This document shows positions 11,652 through 21,432 of a stretch of DNA of 29,807 nucleotides, one piece after another. Positions within the stretch are counted from its first letter, which is position 1. Every line of letters starts with the position of its first letter. Location: assembly GCA_002269645.1 (NCBI GenBank), contig NIVC01004970.1, positions 1-29,807 of the forward strand, read 5' to 3'. The notes beneath the pieces are model-generated. The model saw nothing but the letters and a program-made list of their open reading frames with translations. It did not search any database and was not told where the DNA came from. The DNA comes from Macrostomum lignano (lineage: Eukaryota). A program made the translations under genes and the position numbers.

Positions 11652-12570
11652 ATGGCGTCGCACCTCTCGGATGCAGACCGCGCCTCAACCTGGCTAAAAG
11701 TCTTCAAAGCTCTTGCTCGCTCGAAGAAGTGGAAAGATTCAGAATCCTCTAAAACGATTACTGATAACTTTCCGACCTTGTGTGGACTGGACACACTTGA
11801 GAAGCTAACTCATATTGTTGCATCGCCGAGCTGTATATCACTCACCGGCTGATATAGCTGCTGTTACTGGCCATAAGGACAGCCGCTCCGTCGTGCGGTA
11901 TCCGAAGAATTCTAAGCGGGCTTATTGCAAGACGGTAGAGATGTCCAAGAGCTTGGTACAATATATGGGTGAGCGCAGCGAGATTCCAGGTGAGTCAGAG
12001 AGAAGCGCTAAAGAGGGGCGGTTCGTCATAGAGTCTGAGCAAGTCAATCTAAAGGAAGGATCAGAAGAAAAGCGAGTGAAGAACGGTGGACAATTCTATT
12101 TTTCAAGCTGCTCGGTGCACTTTCATTAATTTCTTCTTGTTATCCTAGAAAGACTATTACGGCTATTGAATTAATTAATATCGAAGACCTTTATTCGTGT
12201 GTGTTGACCGATTATTTTTTACTGATCGTTGATTGTTATAATGATGTTAACATAATCAATAACTGACATAACCTATAAAATAAAAGGTCAGTAATTTGCT
12301 ATTTCTTTTTTCTAATACTGTTGCTATTATTGTTTGTAATCGTACGTAAAAACTTTTCCGTGCAATATACCAATATTGACGGGCTGCAGAGGGCAGAAAC
12401 CAGCTATAACGCCGAAGCGCGTAGCGCCGTGTTAGCTCGTTTCTGACTGATGCGGCCCATCCATATTAGTGTTATAGTTATCGGGCGTGAAACCGCGTAT
12501 CACGAACCGTTGAGACTGTCTATGGTAAAATCCCATTTACTCCAATGCATTCGGTTGGTTTCACGGCCCG
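11652..12570 (+). mobile_element. Internally deleted Crypton-like (tyrosine-recombinase / DUF3504-type) element remnant
   Basis: PADIAAVTGHKDSRSVVRY matches the YR C-terminal I...TGH.S..S...Y motif. The ORF ends GGQFYFSSCSVHFH*, a tail typical of Crypton/DUF3504 ORFs. The N-terminal DRASTWLKVFKALARSK resembles the Crypton N-terminal helix. No R or HxxR catalytic motifs are seen. An inverted repeat CGGGCGTGAAACC / GGTTTCACGGCCCG lies at 12482-12570. Confidence 0.6.
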
Positions 12571-13358
12571 CTGAAAATGTCTATGGCAAAGTTAAAAGAA
12601 AGCAGGGTCAAGGGAGCCCCCACATTTGCACACCAGCACTCTAGACAAAGAAAGAAAGAACGAAATCTAAAAACTTGTCTATGGCCAAAACTCCTTATCT
12701 AACGAATTGAAAAAAGTAACTGATACTAAGCATTATTTAGCGGTATTAAGCTTTACTTTGAAAATCTACAAGTTTTAGAAGCTTTAACTAGATACTTAAA
12801 TGCATACGAGGTTTTTTACTTATGGAAGTCGGCCATAGATTGTTGCAGCGGGTGGGATGCCGTGCGTTTCTCCCCGTTTCAACACGCCTAGACTAACTAT
12901 AAAAATGCCATTCTTATTTGATCCAGCGTGCAAGAATGCTTTGGAAGTCGCCATATGCGTGCAGAAATGCAAGTGTCTATGGTAAAAGCACCTTGAATTT
13001 ACATGTGCACTCCATGCAGGAATGTCAATCGTGCAAGAATGTAATGCGCAATGTTTCTATATTTAGCATATCAGCCATAGACTACAAGCATAATCTTCTT
13101 TCCATCGTGCAAGAATTTTCAGACTAGCTCGCGCATGTTCTGTCTATGGTTCAAGTCTAACTCCACACCCCCAGCTCCACCCTTGTCTACTTTAGCCACA
13201 CATGTTGGATCAAATAAGAATGGGAATCAAGCACTTTGACTTGTGCGTCTATGGCAAAAATCCTCGTGCGCTACGCACTCGTGTTTCAGCCATTGACGCA
13301 CTCGTCAGCGTGCTAGATTCCTCCATTGCTGCACGGCATTGATGCACGGGCCATAGAC
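12518..13358. repeat. Dispersed cluster of the motif GTCTATGG/CCATAGAC
   Basis: Exact hits start at 12518, 12579, 12677, 12975, 13075 (rev), 13142, 13247 and 13351 (rev), with a one-mismatch hit at 12833 (rev). Confidence 0.9.
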
Positions 13359-13819
13359 AAACAATGGGATCCTTGACGTTCACTCATGCGTGAAGGACAT
13401 CGTGCAACTCGTGACTTTGCAGGATACTTCATAGTCTTACATCCTGGATGCATATTATTCTGAGTAGCGGAATATTCCAAAGAAAATGACAAGGTGAATA
13501 TTTAGCTTGCCGATGGTTTTCTGCCAATATAATTAGAGAAACTCTTAGGTGAAACTCTTTGCTTAGACGAGGCGAGTAGCTTCAATTCTTTAAACGATAA
13601 ATAAGGCGGTAGAATTCAATATTCCATTGTTGGCTATTGTGACTCGATAAACGTCAAGAGTAATTAAAAAAGAAACAAGCGGAAACTAAGTAAAACAAAG
13701 AGTTGCGTAAGCAAAGTGCATGTGCAGTCTTAAAACTTATGTACTGTCTGACGCTTCTAAAATTCTTAATTTTTACTGTCTGATTTCCTCGTAGGATTCA
13801 AGAAGCCATTTATGTCGCT

Positions 13820-14524
13820 TCAATACACCTTGACAAACTTGGCCCAGCTCGGGTCGGTCTCGATGGCGTCGCCGACGCTTGAGTCAGCGAAGTCCAGCAT
13901 GCGGCAGGCGCCGCTGGCCCGGTTGAACAGGACAGCCCGGCACTCCCAGCGCTGCACGCAGAGCCACAGGCAGTAAAGCTCCGAGCTCACCGAGGCGTCA
14001 GTGTAGCAGTAGACAGGACTGATGTTGCCCAGCCTCAGGAACTCCGCTCGCTCCAGGTATTTGCTGTTCGGGGTCGCTATCGGCTGGCAGACAAATTTTT
14101 TGTCCTGATTCGGGGGTCTGTCTACCAAGCCCGCTTTGCTGACCCCTACAAAGTCATCGTCTTCCGAAAGGCGGTTCGGCAAGCCAGACTTCCAGTTGCT
14201 GTCATCCAAAGTCGGAAACAGCGAGCCGTTGGCGAATCTCCAGCCGGTGCGAGACCTGCTCGCCTCAACCAGGAGGTCCGTCACTCCGATGAAGTAATAA
14301 TCAATCCAGTGATTGACAGCTCGGATGGCAGTCAGGTCCATCAGCAGCTCTCCGCCGATGCCCAGGCACAGTCTGGCTGCGTCGCACCAGCTGGAAACGC
14401 TGGGGTTGTCGCCGATGTAGACGCAGCTGCCCAGCCTGTCGATGAACGGAGCGACGCAGGCGGCAGAGACGATGGCTGCCAGCCCCGCAAACAGCGTCAG
14501 CTTGAGCAGCTGCTTCGGTAGCAT
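13820..14524 (-). CDS. Secreted C-type lectin-like domain + PAN/Apple domain protein, copy 3 (234 aa, intronless)
   Basis: Intact ORF MLPKQLLKLTLFAGLAAIVSA...FVKVY with the same architecture as copy 2. Confidence 0.92.
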   Translation of the reverse strand: MLPKQLLKLTLFAGLAAIVSAACVAPFIDRLGSCVYIGDNPSVSSWCDAARLCLGIGGELLMDLTAIRAVNHWIDYYFIGVTDLLVEASRSRTGWRFANGSLFPTLDDSNWKSGLPNRLSEDDDFVGVSKAGLVDRPPNQDKKFVCQPIATPNSKYLERAEFLRLGNISPVYCYTDASVSSELYCLWLCVQRWECRAVLFNRASGACRMLDFADSSVGDAIETDPSWAKFVKVY

Positions 14525-14628
14525 CAGCGAGTCTCAAGTCGGTCAATTTGGAGCGGCGTAACTTGTGAGCAATTTGAAATTTGCTTGGTTGCCAACTAGT
14601 GGTTTAATTTCTCGTCCGTACGCTTGCA

Positions 14629-14692
14629 TTTATAGACAGCTGCAGCCAATGGCTTGTAGCCAACCAACCATCCAGTGCAGCAGCGTCGACTT
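14629..14692 (-). promoter_or_regulatory. Core promoter of lectin copy 3 (TATA + CCAAT)
   Basis: TATAAA on the minus strand at 14629-14634; CCAAT at 14646-14650; the second CCAAT is degenerate. Confidence 0.6.
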
Positions 14693-14704
14693 CAGGGGTT
14701 GAAT

Positions 14705-15165
14705 TGTGAAACAAGAAAGACGTAAAGAAACTGAAGAATTTTCCCTCAGGCGTCGATCATCAGCTAAACAACTGGTTTGCTTATATAGATAAAACAGCAT
14801 TTGACAATAAAATATCTGGTAACTTTCTCAGTCGGTTTTAATTGATTGGCACTTAATAACATAATGAAACAATTGAAGGAATAATTTTTTTTCGCAAATA
14901 GAGAGAGTTAAAGTCAATCAATCGATCTCGAACAGCCTTTGTCTTCTTGCTTTTGTCCCGATCAAGTCTACTGAGAGTCGTGTCAACATTGCCGAGTTGA
15001 AACCAGCTCCACTTAGTCTTACAAGACAGAAGCTTTTCTGCTTGCTTTGCTGAACCAACCAAAGTGGTTTACCAGACTCTATTCAGCCTTTTGTGTCAGA
15101 CTGGTTCAAACTTGACATTTTCGACAGGACTTATCAGTCTGTTAGCAGTTTTGTGACCTAGCTTT
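14705..15165 (-). mobile_element. Second copy of the decayed hAT transposase remnant, co-duplicated with the lectin gene
   Basis: Alignable by eye to ~9800-10260 (e.g. ggttcaaactt..cattttcgaca.gact; ttgaaacca.ctcc). Confidence 0.5.
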
Positions 15166-16352
15166 AGCTAGGGCGTCGTCATGGATTTTATTGTGGGGGG
15201 GGGGTAAAGCCAAGAGTTGTTCTATATGACTAGAAATTCAGCTGTTTGAGACGCAGCTGAGGCCTGCAGCTGACAGATAGCCGCCTTGCCCACATGATAC
15301 TGCACCCTGACTTTTTCCTCGTACGTAAAGCGATTTTAAACTGCTGCGGAAGCTGACTGACGCTTTTGATGAAGCACTGGAGGGAGCCTTGCATGATCAT
15401 CAAGGAGCTAGGGATCTTATGGTGCGTAGGGATCAAGCCTAAAAGGATCAAGAATATTTTGGACAATCTTCACTAACTTTTGTACCGATCTTGTCAGTCT
15501 ACACCACTGCTATTAGTTTGAGAGGATGAGGCGATGTGCCTTTTAATTAATAAATAATTATCTATTAAATATTAGCTGAGTTACAAGGCTAAAGAAGGCA
15601 TCTTAAATTCGCTATCAAAGCCTAATTTCTATAATTAAATTCTATGCGCAGTTTACTACTTATGAGTAGAACTGGTGGAGTGCAGTGTAATCTACGAGCG
15701 TTTGGTCACAGCTAAATTACGTGGGTATATTGACCGAAGATCTGAGCTGTGCATTTGCGTCCATATGGTATGAAAGCGTTAATTCTTTAGCCCTTTACTC
15801 AAACCATTTCACACTCATACCAGTCATTCTTCTTTTTGTACACGATCTGATACTGTCGTCTCCTGAGCAGAAAGCTGGAATGAAGTTGAGTCCAATTTTA
15901 TGCGATAGAGAATTACACTCATAAATACCCTGCCGCGCTGCCAATGCTTATCTGTGGCAAAGAAAAATAATTCTTTTTCTACAAAGCAAAGTACATTTCT
16001 CTTCGTCTATAGAGCACATTATTAAAGTTAGAGGGACTGAAGTTAGAGAAAATACCCTGAGACCGTAGTTCATTATTTCGTTCCACAGTATAAAGTCTTT
16101 CTTGAAGTTTTTAACATACACGTTAGGCGTGAGCATTGGGAAAGATCAGGATTTTATGATTTTATGATAAGCGGTTAAAAAAGTGGTATTAACAACCAAC
16201 GCTACTGATGTTGAAGTGGTGCTCCACCAAATGTTTTATAGTTAGACAGCTAAAGCACTGACGTTTTAGTGAATAAATTCCGAAAATTAGGAATCGATAA
16301 GCTTTAATAGTGCCGGTCAACTCTGCTGTCAAAATCTTCAGAAACTAGGACA

Positions 16353-19300
16353 CTAGCTATCTGAACCACTGGCCTTAACCAGCATTTCAATCTTCAGCTG
16401 TAGCCAATCGGGCACATCATCAAGCACTCTTGTGATTCGCCTGCGCAACAGTCGCAGCAGCTGCAGATCATCTCCGCAGATCGATGCAGCCACCACCAGT
16501 TCCTGTTGGTCCGCATCCGTTCTCATTGCAACATCCCGGACCCACTGCTGCCCTACGGCATCAGTTTTGCCAGCCAATTCAAAGTGAATGGCCTGCAGCA
16601 GGGCATCGAAGTTCATGTAATAAAAGTTGGCATAGTTCTCCAGCGTCAGAGGAAACAGATTGTCGACATAATTGGTTAAAAATGAGAAGCTCAGTTTCTC
16701 GTAGAATAGAAAACAGTATTGCCAAGCGGAGTCTCGGCTCGTCAGGTGTTGCCAAACAAAGTCGGTCGTTGCTTCACTCGCCGAAGCCCCAGAGGGCCAG
16801 TCGATGCCTCTACTCACACCGATTGCTCTGCAGTCTCTCACAACTTGAGTAGCAGCCTCTCGATCGCCTGACCTGATGAGGGCCATAGCTCGGAGCGACT
16901 CTCTAGTCGATCTAGCGCAGTCTGGCAGCTTGTCAATCAGTTCATCAAGGTATTCTTGCGCCTCCGAGTTGTAGTATTCATCAGAGAGGCAAACCAAAGC
17001 CGCTTTGACGACATCGTAGATCTCGTGAAACTCACACTCGACAGTCTCAGATTCTTCAGATGCTTCTGAAGAGCTTTCCAATAGACTGGGAAGCACGAGG
17101 AACGGATGGAAGTGAAATCGGCCCGAGTCAGTGACGGGTTGCAGATTGTCAATGAACTGCACAAGAAGCTGAGGCAGATTCGACATGGTGTCTCTCAGAG
17201 CATCGGCTGCGGCATTCAAGGATTCGCCAACCTTCTCGGATGAGCTGATGTCAACGCCTCGCAGGTACACTGAACCATCGCTCAGAAAGAAGTGGTCCAT
17301 GATTCGACCGTCAGTACTGTCCAATTGGTGGGCGCTCTCAACACAGTCAATTAGCATTTGCAGTGAGCGTCTTGTGAGAGTCACGAGGTTCGTCTGATCC
17401 CATTCTTCCGGTGGTGTCTCCTCCACCATTCGAAATGTAAGCGTCTTGGCGTGATAAGACTTAAAGCCATTGTGACGGACGGCCTTTTTTAATAGCCACT
17501 TGAGAATGACAAACAATTGGCCCTGCAGAGTACTGAGACTCCGCAGTAGCCGTTTCTCCAGGAAGCTGGTGCTTACACGGAGCTGCTCCCCGCCTTTCCG
17601 GGAGGAGCTGCGTGCACCACGTGACAAGGTGACGAATCCGAAGTTAGGTCCTGCTGGAGCAACTTCAGCACGGGCTCAGCGATGTTAGACTTGAAGACTC
17701 GGTCTTTGTGCAGCGGCGCGATAGGCGGATAGCAACACAGAAGGCGGGCGAGGACTTCGTCGAAAGCTGGTCTTAGCGTGGAGCCGAGCCACGCGGTCGA
17801 TGGACTCGACGCTGCAATTTTTTCAGGCCAATGAGCGCTATTCATGAAAATTAAACGGGCTAGCAACAAATCGTTAATTTTAGGACTAAATGCTGTCTTA
17901 CCGAATCCAGGGCTCAAAACGTGGCCGTTTTTATATTCCACAGTCTGCACGGCGCCGCACTCGCACAGACCTGTTGGATGCAGCAGCGGTCCTTGCACCA
18001 ACTGCATCATGTCAATATCTGACTCGGTGTCAGTTTTACCGTTTAGAGTTTTCAGACTGTTGCCCCAGCCTTCGGAGAAGCTGCCTACCACGAAGTATCC
18101 GTCGTGAGTCTGCCTTCTGCGTAGAATGTCTTGCAGAACGTCAGCCACAGCGCTCTGCAATGCGGCTCTGGAGTCTACGAACCCAGATTGAGAGAGCGCA
18201 GAGTGCAGCTGTTGGCTCAGTTCTGAGTCGCAAGTTGCCGGTCTTCTGAAAGACGAACGAAGCAATATCGAGTTCACAATAAATATTAAATCATGGGCAA
18301 GCACGCTAACCTTTGTGCGATTGAGCCGTTATCGGCTGGCAAAGAATCGCCAATACTAAGCGCTAGCTGGAGCAAATTGACCACGCGGCTGTTGCCGAAT
18401 TCCTGAGCACATCGTAGAGCAGTTTGGATCGAGTCCAGCTTGCACTGGAGAATGGACTCACGGACTAGCAACTCAGCCACTTCGTAGCGGCCGTTTTGCG
18501 ATGCAATGTAGAGAGGCGTCTTGCCTGTCTTAGCTTGAACATTGATGTCAGCTAGCGCTTTAATAAGTAATTCGACAGTCTTCAGGTGGCCACGGCACGA
18601 TGCGATGTAGACAGGCGTGCGACCATCGGCTTGCTGATGATTGACATCGACTCGAGCTCTAAGCAGCGATTCGAGCACTCCGGGATGGCCTTGCTGCGAC
18701 GCGATGTACAGCGGCGACTCGCCACCGAATTTTCTAATCGCGACATCGGCCTGGGCTTTAAGTAGCGAGTTCACAATCTTATGGTGCCCCCCATTTGAGG
18801 CTACGTAGAGAGGCGCTCGGCCACTTTGTTGCTGGAGATCAACGTTGGCTTGCGCTTTGATGAGCAGGTCAACCACCGATTGATGGCCCTCTAGCGATGC
18901 GATATAGAGAGGCGTCTCGCCCGAGTTCCGTTGAATATCAATGCTGGCTTGCGCTTGTAGAAGTGAATTAACAACTTTTGCATGGCCGTTGCTCGCTGCA
19001 ATGTAGAGCGGCGAGTATCCATCCTCATCTTTAAAGTTGATATCCACCAGAGTCTGCACAAGAAAGTCTACCACTTTGTGATGCCCGTTATGAGAAGCAG
19101 CGTACAGAGGCGAGGTTCCGTCATCTGCAAGAATATTAACGTCGGCTTGCGCTTCGATGAGTAAACGAACAACCTTGTGGTGACCGTTTTGCGATGCGAT
19201 GTATACGGATGAGCAGCCGTCTTGTAGTTCTTGTAGATTGACGTCAGCTCCTGCTTTGAGTAGCAAATCGACAACCTCGTAGTGGTCGTTCTGTGATGCA

Positions 19301-19854
19301 ATATAGAGTGGCGATTCGCCTGTGTTCCTTGGAAGGTTGACATCGGCTCGGGCATCGATGAGTGAGCTCACCACACGGAGGTGTCCTTCCTGAGATGCTA
19401 TGTAGAGAGGGGAGCAGCCAAGGACCGGCTCGCGAGCATTGACATCGGCCTGCGCTTTGATAAGCGACTTGACCACCTTGTCATGTCCGTTTAGACACGC
19501 TATGTAGAGAGGGGAGCAGCCATTTCCTTCCAGAAGATTGACATCGGCTCCAGCTTCGATAAGTGAATCGACAATCTCGTGATGGCCTTGATGCGATGCG
19601 AGGCAAATCGCACTATCGCCTGCCTGATTTTGCCTATTGATTTCTACTTTGGCTTGAATTAGCAGCAAAACAATGCCCTTGCTTCCGTAGTAGGAGGCCA
19701 CCATTGCTGGGGTTGCTTTAGCAGACAACGCATCGAAATCGATGACATCCTCGGCAAGACTTCTCTTGGTGGCTAAAATTCCCTGGAACGCTTTGGTATC
19801 GTCGCCTTGAATGGCCGCTAGCAGCTGTTCGTCAGTGGGCGCAAGGGAGCTCAT
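16353..19854 (-). CDS. Ankyrin-repeat (~14) + Mab-21/cGAS-like (cGLR) nucleotidyltransferase + helical C-terminal domain; exons 19854-18311, 18245-17902, 17811-16353; one 1-nt frameshift at 17588-17591; ~1115 aa
   Basis: Ankyrin consensus [ST]PLYIAS..GH..VV..LL...ADVN repeated. NTase motifs GSFSEG...SDID...RPAFD(EV). Mab-21 C-lobe motifs HVV, LRVSTSFLEKRLL, ILKWLLK, FKSYHAKT, EETPPEEW, MDHFF. Both predicted GT-AG introns preserve the frame. Confidence 0.88.
17812..17901 (-). other. 90-nt stop-free, in-frame intron inside the cGLR domain
   Basis: Donor TTCG|GTAAGA; acceptor AATTGCAG|CG; AT-rich interior. Splicing gives SPGF-A-SSPSTAWLGSTLRPAFD. Confidence 0.7.
18246..18310 (-). other. 65-nt intron joining the ankyrin ORF to the cGLR ORF
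   Basis: Donor CAAAG|GTTAGC; acceptor TTCGTTCGTCTTTCAG|AAGA. The phase-2 junction gives ...SIAQ-R-RPATCDSEL in frame and removes the ankyrin ORF stop codon. Confidence 0.85.
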
Positions 19855-21432
19855 GAATAAAAATTCTCTCTAGAGTGAACAATATTCTTTACACGAACTT
19901 TCAAGAAGTTTTTAGAAGGCTTCTATTTTGCATAGCCTTTAATTATAGCAACTCTGGCTTTCTCGTAGGGCGATTTTCATTGGCGCTTAATTACCAAGTT
20001 CTTTAACAATGCAATAATATAAGGTTTCGTCCTGACGTGCAAAATAATGCTATGCTACTCTCAGTAACTTCTAACGCTTCAAGATTGAGTCTTCGAAAAG
20101 AAGTATTGATAAATGTATTATGCATACAAACAAATACAGACCATCAGAGCATGACAAGTTTCATAGTGCGGTGATGGCAACACCAAAGTTTCACTAAAGC
20201 AATTGGATCTTATAAGATTTTTTTCCGGTCAAATAGCGAAATAGCAAACTCGAGTGCAAATCAAGGACGACTCTCCTTGAGTAAGTCTTCTCCTTGCTCG
20301 CGTACATGCGTACATATCAGTCGCTGCTTGTCCCCAGCGTATATCCTGGCTTGTGTGGCAGTCATTTTTCCTCAAGAACATTAAAAATGTGAGGGGTGAG
20401 GAGGGATTGGGAAGAGCTGAGGGCAAAGATTGGATTAATTGAAGGGCTTCCGCCCGGTGTTCATTGTTTTCTCAAGCATTTTTTTAAATATCCAAATGGT
20501 TGGTTAGGTGATAGATGCTGGTCGAAAGACACTGCATGCTCACTGGGTCTGGGGCAAAGGGTGGCGACTTTTCGATGTTGCTGAGTATAACTGTTGAGTT
20601 GGCTTTGTTGGATTTAGAAGCGCTCCAACTGGCTAATTCATATCAGATACTTGATTTTATGCACTTACGAGCCCGTAAGATAGCTATGGAGTTGGATAGT
20701 ATGCTACTTGACCAGAAAATCTATAATACACCTTTTCACTTTCAGTTTTAAAAAATACCTGCAACAAATATTAATTTTCAGGCATCCGATTCTGACAATT
20801 TTTGGTTGTGACAGCTTCGGGTTTCAACCAAGTTGCGACTGAGAATCGACATTTTGCATACACTTTCGACAAAAAGTCAAACAGTTCTAACAACTGCCAA
20901 CTTATTCAGTCAAGTGAAGTACACTTGAATAGTCATTTTTGGACACTCCAATATGAGCAGCCCGAGATTATATTACCTGAACAGATGGTTAAGATGTTCT
21001 TTAACTCTGGCTAACCCAGACTTGGCTGAGGGCTTTAACGATCGAAGAGTAAGGTTTTAACTCTCTTTACAGAAAATTTGTAAAAGAACAAAATATAAAT
21101 GCTCAATTGAGCAAAGGTCAAATATATTAATTATTGAAAAAGACTGCAGCAACACAGGACCTAGCATGGCGTGAGAACGACTGCCTCAGTTTGCTTCCCT
21201 GAAAGGTGAAATTATGCAAAATGACATGAATAAATGCTTCGTTGCGTGACAAAGAATCGTCGAAAAATATGAAAAAGTAAAAAAAAACTCTAAAAAAACA
21301 GGAAAAGGCATTGCAGAAATACGAAATTTCTGTCGGATATGATAAAAAACACAATAAAATATTTTTGGGCACTTTTAGCGCTTGAGGCTACAATATTCAT
21401 TGAATTTAACGTATTTTAATGAGACTTCATGA

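Noticed and set aside
16353-18304. Bacterial CBASS CD-NTase or contaminant origin of the NTase
   Set aside because: It has two GT-AG introns and a metazoan Mab-21 C-lobe, there is no operonic effector, and it is embedded among animal genes.
20229-21372. Short ORFs between the ankyrin-cGLR gene and satellite B
   Set aside because: No recognisable domain or consistent exon chain; I cannot support a gene here.
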